This document shows positions 11,886 to 24,640 of a stretch of DNA of 64,000 nucleotides, piece by piece (the stretch's first letter is position 1; every line of letters starts with the position of its first letter). Where the stretch lies: the NCBI GenBank assembly GCA_028534125.1, contig CM052817.1, positions 91,948,001 through 92,012,000 on the forward strand, given 5' to 3'. Under the pieces are notes generated by a model. That model was not told the origin of the DNA. It did not search any database and worked only from the letters and a program-made list of their open reading frames with translations. The DNA is from Lama glama. Lineage: Eukaryota. A program made the position numbers and the translations under genes.

Positions 11886-14800
11886 TGGTGTATTTCAGAC
11901 CTGGCCAAAGAAATCTGGTTGAGAAAGAAAGCAAATTGTCTCTTGAAATCTGTGTTAGCTGCCTCATGAATGAACTAAAAACGTGGCTCCCTCCTTGGGG
12001 GCCCACTTGGCTTCCCCCCAGCACACTGGTTCTTTAAATTCCTTCACATGCATGCTATTACATATCTCTCTTCACATGTACTCAACACAATGCCAGGCAA
12101 GTAGCACCCTTCACTCAACGGGCACAGCATAGCCCAGTCTCCATTTCTGCCATGTCCCGAGACACAGACAGAATACCAGGGATCTGCTGTTCATTAAGAT
12201 TTACTTATATAACTTAGGAGTTGGCTCAATCCTCAGAGTTTGTTATTAATGATATTGTCCCATAATCTATGTTAAATATAGATCATGAGTGATGCTGATG
12301 AATGAGTTGGATGCCACATTTGTGTTAGTTCAATTACAATCATAAATTAAAATGTTCTCCACCTCTACTATGTAGATTTGGTCTAGGGTTTCATTATGAT
12401 GACATAATACTCTTCATTTTCATAAAGACATGCTGGCTTTTTTATTTTGTTTTCTATTTCTAGATTTAGCTGTACATTATTGGCAACATAGGCTGCCCAA
12501 ATTACAGAAATTGGTAATAACTTATATTTATACTATCTTTGAAAATCCTTTCCAGGGTGGAAGATTTTCTAGTTTAAGTTGTTATATGTGTTTAATCTTT
12601 GGTTTTCCTACTGTATTGTAGATTCTGCAAAAAAATCCACAGCCTTATGAATTTATGCTTCTGAAACAGAGCCATCAACACACAAAGGTAGGTCAGTGAA
12701 TTAGGTATAAAACTTTTAACAGTACATGTATTACGTCTGTTGAGAAGTCTTCTCCCCAAATGTCATGCTGTAGCCTTCCTCTGGTGCACAAAGCTAGGGT
12801 AATCCTAATTTGCCGTCATTGTTGGTGGTGGTATTGGAGTCTTTTTTTTTTTTTTAGGGTTGGGGGAGAATTCTGGAGGCAGACAGAATGACAGCAATGA
12901 CCAGACACCAACAAGGTATGTGCACTCACATGTGTGATATGTCTCACATATGTGTGTAAGCAGGTGTTGTGTGCATGTGTGCAGGCACAGAAAGTTGAGA
13001 TATATGCTAAACCTCACTTGAGCAAGACATAACGAGACATGGTCAGCCTCTGGGACCTTTGATCTAATGTGCCCTCATATTTCAGTATGAAACACACAAC
13101 TGAATAAATTACTCAGTCCTCTCTTACTTCACATTAGAAACTTTTAACACCAAAACAAAGAGGCATAACATCAAGGGGGATGCAGCCGGAGGACTTCATT
13201 ACACTGTCTAGTAGCCAAGTGAGAGATTCAGGAGTCCACGCCCACTTCACCATGGGCTGACGAACACAGGGTTGCAGCATTCTCCTTCCCATCCTCTGCC
13301 CGGTTACAGACATGTTGTGGTCTGGAACCACTGTGGGATTACGGAAGTAAGTTCTCTGTGATCAGTATGGGTGGGACACTGACCAGAAGAGACGAACCAG
13401 ACATCTCACTTGAGAGCCAGCACTCTATGACCATGACATGAGGCCCCTAGGCCCCCTCTGTCTTGGGTTTTATCTTACTTAAATCACTCATCAGAAAGAG
13501 GATTTAAATCAACCTTCAAGAAGATACAATTTCATGAATTTTTTTCTTACCAAGGTATGCCTCCTGTGGTATATATTCCTAACATTGATGACAATTTAGG
13601 TTTCCAGTTCTTCCATGTAAAAAAGATACATATAATATCTGCAAACTACTTAGAAACACACGTTGGAGCAGTTACATTACAAAACTGAGTCGTGGCTTGG
13701 TTATTTTATTCCTTAAAGCTAAATAAAGCAAGCATCTGTGAAGTCATGGTGAGACAAAGCATTTTCAGGTTGACAGGTTAATCTGGGCAACCTTTTTCAC
13801 TCTGCTGTATTAGAATAACAACCATCATAATTCAAAACAATTGATATTAAATTTTTGCTAAGGTAAAATGTTTATATAAATGTGTTTCTATTTTGATCGT
13901 TTTCTTCAACAAACACATAAAATTTTTTAACAAAAATATAAAATCACATGTTATTTTATTTATACATGTGAAATGGGGTGCTGACAAAAATAAAAAAGAA
14001 TTCTTTATTTACATAAAATGATTCTTCCAAAAGGAAAAACTTAAAATATAGGGTTGTTTTGAATAGCATCTTGCCCCTCCAATCATATAACATCAAGGAG
14101 TAGAAAGCTTCTTCTATTACAGAAGAAGCATTTATAATCTTCATAGTATATGAAGGTAAAAGAAGGTACTGGAGAAGCCCGGCATGACTGACAGGAAAAG
14201 AATAAAGAGGATCCACAACTGATGGGGCCTGGGGAGGGCTCTAGAGAGGTCACAAGTTGCCAGAGGCCGGAAAAGTAAAGTGTCCATGCTTTGAAAATAG
14301 AGGAAAGAAGTAGAGAAGAAACAAACTGAGCATTAGAGAAGAAGAAAAGGAAGCCAATGTAATCTGAGCCCTGGGGTGGAAGGTGGTTATGAGGGACAGG
14401 CACAGGAGAATGCTTAGGGTTTATTTAAGGGGATAAGTTCATTGCAGCAACCCTGGAATTCCAGGGTATGACCAGCTCTGGAGCCAACTGATTATGCAGA
14501 GTAGCATTCTGGTTAAAATGCAGATAGAAAGACCCAGGACCAAGCGTGGATGTGTGTGGAGCTGGATTTAATACCTACACTGAATGTACGTGATACTCTT
14601 GTTTAGAATACATACAATGGGTATCTTGCAGTAGCAGATTTTATATGCTAAATAGCTCCCTTCTGTGGATTATCCGCAATCTGATGGTTACTCACTACAG
14701 AAAGTCTGAAATACAACATGGTACTAGAAGGTTAGGTTCCAGCCCAACAGCAAAAGTTTATAAAAGGAGGAGTCCCTCACCCCCAAGCCCTAGGAAAGGG

Positions 14801-14976
14801 TAAAGGCAATTGCTAGGAAGTTCTGATCTGCGGTTGGCTCTGAGCAGTTTCACTCTCCCAGGCTTCCCTTTTTCCTTCTTATTTACTTGGCCAATTAAGG
14901 AGAGAGAAGCTTCTCTGCTTTTTAAATTTTAGTTTCTCAATTAAGACTGAATCATCCCAAGGCAAGTAACTCTTCC

Positions 14977-15212
14977 TATAGGGCACAGCATGGTGACTAC
15001 AGTTAATAACACTCTACTGCATATCTGAAAGCTGCTAAGAGAGTAAATCTTAAAAGGACTCATCACAAGAAAAAGAAATTCTGTAATGTGTGGCGACGGA
15101 TGTGAATTAGACTTATTGTGGAGATCGGTTTGCAATATATACAAACAGCAAATCATGATGCTGTACACCTGAAACCTATATAATGTTGTCTGTCAATTAC
15201 ACCTCAATAAAA
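14977..15212 (+). mobile_element. L1MA9-like 3' end
   Basis: 'cagcatggtgactacagttaataac...gctaagagagtaaatcttaaa...tgtcaattacacctcaataaaa'. Confidence 0.85.
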
Positions 15213-15344
15213 CACATCTTAAATAAATACCTGCCTATCAAACCCTGAATTGATCAAAATAATTTTTTAAAAGGTTAAGTACAAATCATTTAAAGTTGAA
15301 TTTGAATTTAAAATATCAGTCTAAATCCATGACAGTTTTTCTTA

Positions 15345-15500
15345 AGACACACACATATTTCCTAGCTTTGTCAACCAAAAAGCCTAAGAGCAATGACAGT
15401 CTTGTAGCAATGAGCATCCCTCGGGCCCAGTTCGTGCTCCAAAAACTACTTTACACCAAGATGAAGAAGGACTCCTTGGAAGAATGGCGAATTCCAGATT
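15345..15500 (+). mobile_element. L1MC-like 3' UTR fragment
   Basis: 'tatttcctagctttgtcaaccaaaaagcctaagagcaatgac...gtagcaatgagcatccc...ctccttggaagaatggc'. Confidence 0.65.
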
Positions 15501-17809
15501 TTTTTATAAGACAGGACTCTTCCCATTTCTGCAGATTATTTGAATGATCATTTTACTTGCTTCTGATTAATTCAGATGTTTAAATGATCTCCAGCAATAC
15601 ACTGATATGACTTTGTCTAAAACCTTGTAAAGAAATACTTTTTAAAAGATGTATCCTTAAGCCCTGAAGATTCATACTTGTTATTATGGATTGATGATGG
15701 TTCTTTTTTTTAAATAGCCATTTATCCTCAATTCTAAAACCGAACCACAGAAAAACAGCATATTCCACAACACTCAGATAAAAGTCAAAGTTTTAACTGC
15801 ATGGAGATATTTAAGTGTTAACAGATCATCACGATAACTTTAAACTAGCTTCACCAACTTTGTTTTACCGAGTTTAAATAGCCCAATACCAGATAGATAT
15901 TTAGTAAATGTTTGTACGAGGCAGATTTGTCCCTACATTTAATAAAACTAAGTCATAATTTTATTTAAATTGTTGAAATCTATCAATTCCTTCAGATCAT
16001 GATTTTACCAGCACAGTTTCATCAACCTGCTCTTGTACACCCTACTAAAGCATTTAACCGGGCAGTGGTTCCTAATAAGCCACTGTATGAAACAAACAAA
16101 AAAGGGGGGGAGGGAGGTGTTTCCTGGGAACTAACAGCCACAATAAGGAGCCAGTGGATTGTTCCTTAATAAGTGTATGCACTGCACATCGCCTCAGTCC
16201 TGATTAACTACATTCTATTTTAGCACCAGACATCTTCTAATGAGAAAATGTTAAGCTTCCCCAAATGGTGTGATGGTAGAATCAGAATGGAAAATATCAG
16301 TAAAACCTTGTGAACACTCTGCCCCGCCAAATGTGAGCTTGTAAATGGTTTCATCTTTTCTGGTTCCATCTTGATGTCTTTTGAACTAGTCAGTCAATAT
16401 ACACAATAGTGAAAACTTTCTATATGCAAAGTGTGGCAAAATCATACATTCAGAAGCTAAAGATAATATATGCCTCAGATTTATATTACAAGGTGGTTTT
16501 TTAAAGGTAAGGTAGATTTATTACCTAGACGAACTACCCAGGTTGATTTTTTTCAGACTCAAAGAAAGTGGGTTTGAGCAAATTTTCTTGGTTGATATGA
16601 AGGACGAATGGCTAGAATCAAGTGCTTTTCAGTCTGTGTAATGAGCCTGACAATGTGAATGATCTCAATGCAATAATTTTTTTAATGCTAAACATGTAAG
16701 TATGTACAAACACATAAAGGTAATCCCTGCATAGTCAAAAAATAACTATACCAAACACATAACTGCTAATTCTGGGGATAATATGATGAATAATTACAGA
16801 TTTTTAAAAAATGTAAGTACCTATGCTGGAAAAAAAATTATTTCCAGTAGAATAATTAGTGCATTACTTGAGTAAAAATCAAAATGAAAGCCTTCCAAAT
16901 AGCCTAGTTGACATCCCTCGTTTTATTCAAGTAAATAAATATTATTAAGTAGTATGGTAAGAGCTAAAACAGAGGAATAAAACATTCTTCCTGCCTTCAG
17001 GGAGCTTATCAATTCACTGAGGGTCAAAAAATAGCTTACTTCTTAAACTACCTTACATCCACTCCTACTGATGCTTCAAAAGGAAGACAAAAATAGCACC
17101 TGAACTTCTCCAGACACACACACGTGCACACTCACAACCTTTACAAAGGCAAAGTTTGCAACATGCTATAATTAAGCTCACATCCTGACAGTAAAAACAC
17201 AAAGTTTTCTTCTAAATATAGAGGAATACTCTCCACATGGCAGAACCTCTCTGACTTTTGTTTTAAAATAGTCATTGATGTCAGCGTCTCCGTTACATAA
17301 AAGAATCACTCTGAAAATACACATTCAGGAGACATGAGCATTGTACTGTGTCAATTTTTCATTTGCAACAGAGATTTTCTTAACATCTCTGGTAAATTTT
17401 CTTCCTTCCTGGTCCCTGCTCTAGCTCTAAACTGCTATTTAAACAGCATTTTCCTTCTTATTCTCAAGGTAGTGAAGTGCCGTTTGCTAAATGGACATGA
17501 GAGGTATCCAGCGCCCAGTTCCCAGGTCTCAGTGTTCTATGAAGGCTGTCCTCAGATCTCCAGGGAGGAAACCTGTCCGCAGCAGAGAACCTACACACAC
17601 GGGTCGGCTGTCAAGCACCCAGGGAAGGTCTTGCTCAGTGAAAAACACCAATACTGGTGTGAAAATAACAGTTTCCTAACACACCAGATTGGACTCAGTC
17701 CTATTTAATAAAAGAACTAGCCTGAGAGCAGTTCAACACACACCTTGCAGAACACCTCCCAGCCCCTAGCAGAAGGTAGGGCTGATTTTAATTTATGGAA
17801 TTTAAAGAA

Positions 17810-18050
17810 CATTAGAGGAGAGTGGTAAGTGTTTGGGCTTTGGTATTCCTGCCATCCAGAATTCAGCTACCTGAGATGATCGTGGAGCAAGTTAACCCCT
17901 GTAAGTCTCAGTTTTTTCAAGTGGAAAACAGTGATAATAATGGTACCTTCATCGCTGGATTATTGTGACGATTCGTGTGATGATACAGAGAAAGCATTCA
18001 GTATGGTGCTGGACACAGAGAAGATCTTAATACAAGGTAACTAGAATTAT
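17810..18050 (+). mobile_element. MIR SINE
   Basis: 'gcaagttaacccctgtaagtctcagttttttcaagtggaaaacagtgataataatggtacc'. Confidence 0.75.
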
Positions 18051-18649
18051 TTTTAATTAGAATTTGCAGGACAATAAAAGCTACTGCTCTACACCAAAAA
18101 GTCCAACATGGAAGTAGACAAAACAAAAACATATGTAGAAAACCCAACAATTTATGAAGATGAATTAGATGTCTAGGAAGGAAACACTCCCAAGCCCGCC
18201 TGCTACTCTGCGCTACACTTCATTTGGCAGCTAAGAACAACTGATGGGCCTTGAGGGAAAATATTTCGGCTTTCAAAGAACTGCTTAGAAAAGGACTAAA
18301 AACTATTTAACTGCCTCTTGGGCAATTAGACCACGACCATTGCCACATCTGCTATTTGCTCATCAGGAAGCTGCTTCTAAGACATTTAACATTCATAGGT
18401 GTATTAGCTCATTATTAATACCCTGGAAGTTCTTCATGACACTATTAACTACTGTGCAGAATTGGATGCAAGGAGGCGCCATCTCAGGGGATTCTGAACG
18501 GAACTCCCCAAAGGACATTAGAAAGTGGCCTTCAATGTGGACTGAATTAGAGCAAAGTTCTAGTGTGTAATCTGTTTCTAAAGACTTTCCTTCAGCCATC
18601 TCCATCCTCTACTCAGACTTTATCTCTTCATATTCCCAGGAAACAATCA

Positions 18650-18870
18650 TTATAATAGCAAACACTTATGGGGCACTAGCTATATGCAGGCACTTCCATA
18701 TGTTAAGATGTTTAATCGTCACAAGAGCCCCATGAGGTAGGAACTGCTCGCATCATCCGCATCGTACGTGTGAGGAAACAGGCACTGGTAAGTTAAAAAG
18801 CATAGCAGTAGTGTCAGAGCTGGGATCTGAACTTGGGCAGTTTCATGTCAGGATTCACATTCTCCCCTCT
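18650..18870 (-). mobile_element. MIR SINE
   Basis: 'tttaatcgtcacaagagccccatgaggtagg...tgaggaaacaggcac...agagctgggatctgaac'. Confidence 0.8.
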
Positions 18871-19221
18871 GGCAACACAGCCTCCGTGCCTTATCAACGT
18901 GCTTCCCCAAGAACAGAAGTGCTGGTGGAAATTAATTGCTCTCAGGCTCTTACTGTAAAACAGAGGCAGTATCAGGAACTGAACTCCTGATTCCTCTGTG
19001 CTCTCTGCTATCCCATGGACTATTCCTCTGACATCAAGGTAAAAAGAACTATTTCTAATGAATGTTCTTTCGATCAGAGATCACGCCAAGTACAGTCTGT
19101 CACAAGAAAACCAACAAGCATATCCCTAAGACAGCCTGGCTCATAAAATGTTTTACTCTAGAGAAATTTCTATTATGGGCATTGCAACATAACGTTCCAT
19201 TTCCAAGGTACAAATTCCCCA

Positions 19222-19614
19222 CGTGATGGCTAATTTGATGTGTCAACTTGACTAGGCTATGGTGCCCAATTCTTTGGTTAAACACCAATCTAGAGGTGGC
19301 TGTGAAGGTTCTTTTTTTAGATGCAATTAACATTTAAATCAGCAGACTTTGAGTAAAACAGATTATCCTCCTTGATGTGAGCGGGCCTCACTCAACCATT
19401 GGAAGGCCTTAAGAGCAAAAACTAAGGTTTCCTGCAGAAGCAACTCTGCCTTAAGACTGCAACACAGAAACCCTGCCTGAGTTTCCAGCCTATAGACTGG
19501 GGACTCAAGACTGCACGTCAATTCTTACCTGAATTTCCAGGCTGCCGGCCTCCGCTACAGATTGTTGACTTGCCAGTCTCCACAATCATGTGAGCCAATT
19601 TCCTTTTGTATATA

Positions 19615-19652
<38 letters not shown>

Positions 19653-19898
19653 CACGTATGTAGATATAGGATATATATGGAGATATATATGATATATAAT
19701 ACATATGATACATATGTATATATATTTATCTCATATGTGAGATATATATATATGTTCTATTAGATATATACACATACACACATACGCATACATACCTCTT
19801 GGCACATATATCTTATATGCCTCATATATCCTCATATACATACCATAGACATATTTATCACCTCTTGGTTCTTTTTCTCTGGAGAACTGACTCTTACA
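19222..19898 (+). mobile_element. MLT2 (ERVL) solo LTR with internal TA-rich microsatellite
   Basis: Starts (c)gtgatggctaatttgatgtgtcaacttgactagg, ends ctggagaactgactcttaca; perfect 5-bp TSD cccca at 19217-19221 and 19899-19903. Confidence 0.92.
19608..19845. repeat. (TA)n/(TATATG)n compound low-complexity repeat
   Basis: Directly visible. Confidence 0.9.
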
Positions 19899-20895
19899 CC
19901 CCAGAATCCAGCCTCTATCATCTTTTACATAGAAGGCTCTCAATATAGAGTCATGAACTATTCTACGGAGAGCCTCCTTCCTGATTTCCCATTATAGTTC
20001 TTATAAGAAAAGATGAAGCTGGCTACTTTAAGGACTAGCACACAGACCGACAAACTTTTTGGAGGTGGGTAACACACTGTTTCCGGTTTGATCATGGCAG
20101 ATTCTAATCCATCTGCCCTCTGTGAATGATTGTGGTTTGACAGGCTACAAAGACACACACCCTGGTCAGTGGCAGTCCCCAAATGGGGCCCCAGAGGCCC
20201 ACGGCCGCCCAGCTCAGAGTTCAGCCAAGTCCCGCCCTGTGGGAAGGGCACCACCCACCATCGTGGCTTTCCGTGCCGGCCTGAGATTTGAAGAGGCAAT
20301 CTGGCTTACAATGGTATTTCGGTAACCATTTCCTCCCAAGATCCTGGCCAACGACCTCATGACTCTAACGGCTCCCAACTGGGTTTGGGTGTTATCTCAT
20401 TCTGCTCACTGGTAATCCTCTCATCCCAGCTGTCCGAATTCCTCTGCTGTCCCAACTCCTAAAGACAGGACCCAGTAGAAAAGCAATCCTTGCTCCTTAA
20501 GAAAAGATCTCAAAAGGCCGATCTCCTCCTTTTCCCACCTCCTTCTGTCTTTCTCCCCACCCCATCCAAACCGCAGAGCCCGTACCCAGTAAAGGGCCAG
20601 AGCTGGGAGCTAGGACTATGTCACACCGAGAGCATCCACGGTTGCCCAAAGCTGTTTTCCTTGTGGCTTCTTCAGTAGCAGGCATGCCGCCTCCAGTGTT
20701 TACCGTCAGCAATTTTGAATGTGCTGACATGGAGAACAGTGACCACAGAGTCCACGCAAACCAGCACAGAGGAGAAAACCCAGGCGGAAAAGCCCAGGGG
20801 CCTCTCTCCTCCCTTGTCTGCCCATCCACAGTCCACCCGTGAGGTCACAGGCTTGTGGAGACTGGGATGGAAGGCAGGGAAGGGAAGCGGCTCAC

Positions 20896-21088
20896 CTCCT
20901 CCTGCTTTTTCCTTCCATCACAGCCCCATCCCAGTGTTTCTATTCTGGGGGCTGACGCAGGCAGTGCTGCAGAGGAGGGAGCCGTCCCTCTACGCTGACA
21001 GGAGGGAGGACCGGGTCAGGCTGCCACGTTCCCAGCAGCTTCTGGAAAGCCTCCCTCTCCAATATTTAACTTACAAAAGTTCTTTATA
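20896..21088 (-). promoter_or_regulatory. Candidate TATA promoter and first exon (~21057 to 20896)
   Basis: Minus-strand TATAAA at 21088-21083, GC-rich segment downstream, donor GAG|gtgagc at 20896/20895. Confidence 0.4.
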
Positions 21089-21629
21089 TTGCTGATGTGT
21101 TACTGTTCTTTTTTTTTTTTTCCTCTAGCAGCAAAGAAAGTTTTGTAAGCAAACAGGGTGCCAGAAAACTGTTGGGTAGCAAGCCTAGCATGAGAGGAGG
21201 GGCCAGGGAGGGACCATTAAATTACAGCTTGAAAAGGACTATTAGAAGATCGCTATAATGTTTTATAGGCAGATTGGGATTTGGGGATTCTGAAATCCCT
21301 CTCTTCTTGGCTCTATCTGGGTTAGATAATAGGGAAATCATTTAGTTGGAGGTCAAATAAACAGAGCAATCAGGTAGACAGTGGGTCTCCCTGTCCACAG
21401 ACACCAGTGAGGGGGCAGTTCTGGGACCTGGGCTCCCACACTAGCAGAGGCAAAAGCTGAACTTGATCTCTGGCCTCCAAAATAAAGCACTGGTTCTCAA
21501 ACTCCCATAGGTCACATCTGTGGTATAAGCATTCCTGCCAAACTGCCTACTGTATTCCCATGTGCCAAGAGGAAAAAAATCCCATTCACTATAATTACAA
21601 GAAAACTAGGTATATTTGGGTATGAAAAC

Positions 21630-22030
21630 CACAGCAGAATGGCTAGCTGTTCACCAAAGATGTGTGCACCTGTGTGGATCTGACACTGGTGACTGGTCGC
21701 CCAGTAAAGAACTACATTTCCCAGCTCCCTTTGCATCTCGATGGGGATATTTGACTTCATTCTGAATGTGGGCAGAAATGATGTATGCCATTTTCCAGGG
21801 TTGACCCATAAAAACCTGTAGCAAAATTCCTCATGATCTTCTAAGGCTCTCTCTTTTCCCCACCAGCGGGAAGTAAAAGGTTCCAAAACCCATGGAAGAG
21901 TTTCAAGATGGAAGGAGCTGGTTTCTTGTCCACTGAACACCCACATTGGACTATTTCATTAGAGACGAATGAACTTGCATTGGTAAGCCACTGGGGATGT
22001 CAGCGTTCTCTATCACAAAAGCTATGGTAC
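21630..22030 (+). mobile_element. Old MLT1 (I/J-like) LTR
   Basis: 'actacatttcccagctccctttgca...gaatgtgggcagaaatgatgtatgcca...taagccactg'. Confidence 0.75.
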
Positions 22031-22094
22031 AAAATCAAGGTGATATCAAAGGGAAAGTATCAATTTAATTAAACACAATGACATAGATGTTAAA

Positions 22095-22335
22095 CATGGT
22101 GTGGGTACCATTTGGGTTAGAAATATATATATAAGGTCACATACATGCTTACAAATGCTTGGGATGTCACTAGAAGGAAACATAAGGAAATGGCTGTCTT
22201 TGGGAACGGGGACCAGGAGACAGAAAGAAAAGGGTGGAAAAGATATTTATCTTCCACCATATACTATTTTTAACCTTTTGAATTTTGTACTCTGTCCATT
22301 TATCACCCTATCAAAAGTTACATTTAAAAAAAACA
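22095..22335 (+). mobile_element. L1ME-like 3' end
   Basis: 'accatatactatttttaaccttttgaattttgtactctgtccatttatcaccctatcaaaa' plus A-run. Confidence 0.65.
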
Positions 22336-22619
22336 AATTCTGAAAGAATCCCATTTTCAGACCACCTGGAGAATGCTTACTGACACGACTATTAGTCCCC
22401 AGGGCCTTTTTTGAGAACCAGTGGTACAAAGTGTTGACATTTAAAAATACATAAAACTGTACTTTTCTGGAAAACTCCAGGGATGGGCAGAAGTAGCTGC
22501 TACTCCCCCAGGACATCTAAATTCTGAGGGTTAACTGTCTCATCTTCTTAGAGACTTTCCTTTCCTTGCAGTGGTGATAGGAGGCTGAAATGAGAGCGGA
22601 ATTGTCCCTCATGCTGGAA

Positions 22620-22785
22620 CGGGGTACTGCTAACTGTGCAGCTCACAAGTCATTCATAGATCTTGTTATAAAGAAGGGTTCCTGAGCCTCTTTCCTAAAA
22701 ATGCTGATTCAGTAATTCTGGGGTGAAGTCTGGGGACCACACTGTTAACAAGTGTCCATTGATTCCTATGCCCAGGTGCCGAGGG
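22620..22785 (+). mobile_element. MER5-like hAT-Charlie fragment
   Basis: 'gatcttgtta...ctgattcagtaattctggggtgaagtctggg...ttaacaag'. Confidence 0.55.
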
Positions 22786-23859
22786 AAACCCCATTCTCAT
22801 CTGTCCGGATGTCCTACCTGCCACCTGGGATCAGCTGCTTCACTTTCACATTTTCTATCCCTGGATACAGATAATGAAATTTACAACTGATGAAACGGGA
22901 AAGTGTCCTCTGAGACAAAGGTGATGCCTGTGAAAAAGGCTGAACTCCCTACATAATGAGATTCATACACAAGTGCCAATTATGATGATCATTACTGTTA
23001 GCATGTGTGCTTTAGACTGCTATCTTAACATTTAAATTTCACTTTAACAACAACAACAAAAAAGTCTTCATTTTAATAGAGAAGGGTGGGGGTGAAAAAC
23101 ATGTCTGTTTCTCTGGAAAGCTTTTCTAAGAATTTCTGCTGCACTGATAGATGTTTAGCAGGGAGCTTACATCGGGCTGATCCTCTACCCATGCAAGTAG
23201 GGCTGCTTCCAGAGTGTGCAGCACAGGGCAGGAGACATAGGGAAGCTCCACAGGTGAGTCCATGGGCTGGAAGTGAGGGCAATTCAAACACAAGTATATC
23301 CAGGCAGCAACTGGTTCTGAGGTGGTCACCATATGGAACAGGGATGGATGCGAGAGATTCACTTTGCATGAGACGTGTCAAAGGCAGTCCAGCTGGCCCT
23401 GGACCATTTTATTTTCTGTTCAGCTCACAGGTCCCAGCTTTATCTCTGAATAGTCTAATATCTTTTACACCAAAAGGCCATCCACAGCCAAGCCCTCGAT
23501 GTAACTCCGAGTCACACTGGTACACGTCCCTGATTGCAAGTTTCCTCTACATCAATTATCCAAAGGGGGCAGACGAGCGAGATGTTTATTTCCTGGCAAA
23601 TAACCCGAGTGGTTAATAAAACGTGTTTAGAATGACGTGAGGAGTTTTCTAAAATATCTTAGGAGTCAATCTTGATATTTTCTAAGGAATAATTTGAAGA
23701 AATTTTTTTTTTAATCTGAAAGTTTCTCTGTAAAACAGAGGGGAGAGGAGGGAGAAAATCAGTACATTTAAATCCTAAGTCTTCTGTTTACTTTTTGGAG
23801 ACCATTAGAGTTTACAGAAAATTCAGGTCCAAAAAGGGAAGGAGTCTCACCAAAAGATA

Positions 23860-24005
23860 AAGATGTGAAGTGATAGATGTTAATGAGTTAGATGCATACA
23901 TATCTATCACAATGTATATATATATATCAAATCACCATGATATACACTTTAAATTCCTTATAATTTTATTTGTCAATTATACCTCAATAAAGCTAAAATT
24001 TAAAA
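23860..24005 (+). mobile_element. L1M 3' end fragment
   Basis: 'atcaaatcaccatgatatacactttaaa...tttgtcaattatacctcaataaagct'. Confidence 0.8.
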
Positions 24006-24234
24006 CAAACACTCACCAAGGGAAAGGTTAACAAGACCTATTATGATTACAAATTGTATCTTTTCTCTTTCTGGCGACTACCACACCCATCAGGTGCTGT
24101 TTACATTTGTTTTATCTCTTTCCATCCTTCTCAAACCAATGAAATGCCCAGGCTACAATATTTCTTATAAAGCCTGCTAATTCCAAATGGGCCTCATGTA
24201 CTGCACAATGTCTTTAAATGGACCACCTGAAAAC

Positions 24235-24640
24235 CTGAGCAGAGATTCCTGGAGCTCCTCAGAGCTGGCGCTCCTCCCTTTCTGAAGATATGGGTGGATT
24301 TCCCAGGCTCCCATGTAGTTAACTGGGGGCCATGCAACTGGTCTGGCCAATGGGCTACGAGCAGAGAAAGAGCAGTTGTGAACTGTCCCCCTTCTCTTCT
24401 GCTGCAGCAAACCCTGAGGTCACATACTGAGATGGCGGTGCCACAAGATGGTGGAACCTCTGTCAGCCTGGGTCCTTGAATGACTAGGTGGAGCAGAGCC
24501 TCCCCACCCTTCTCCCATGAACCTCAAGTTGGAAAGGCAGTAGGAGCAACATTCGTTGAGCTAAGCCAGTGGAACCAAGGGCTGAGTGGGGTACCATTTG
24601 TTACTGCAGCATCAGCCTGCCTTTTCTGATCCATCAAAGC
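24235..24640 (+). mobile_element. Old MLT1 (J/K-like) LTR
   Basis: 'cacaagatggtggaacctctgtcagcctgggtccttgaatgactaggtggagcagagcc...ttgttactgcagcat'. Confidence 0.75.

Larger units (their letters stand above)
21488..22423. mobile_element. hAT-Charlie MITE split by later insertions
   Basis: Perfect 14-bp inverted pair cactggttctcaaa (21488-21501) and tttgagaaccagtg (22410-22423). Confidence 0.6.

Noticed and set aside
23086..23616. 176-aa plus-strand ORF
   Set aside because: GTG start, no domain resemblance; consistent with chance in a GC-richer patch
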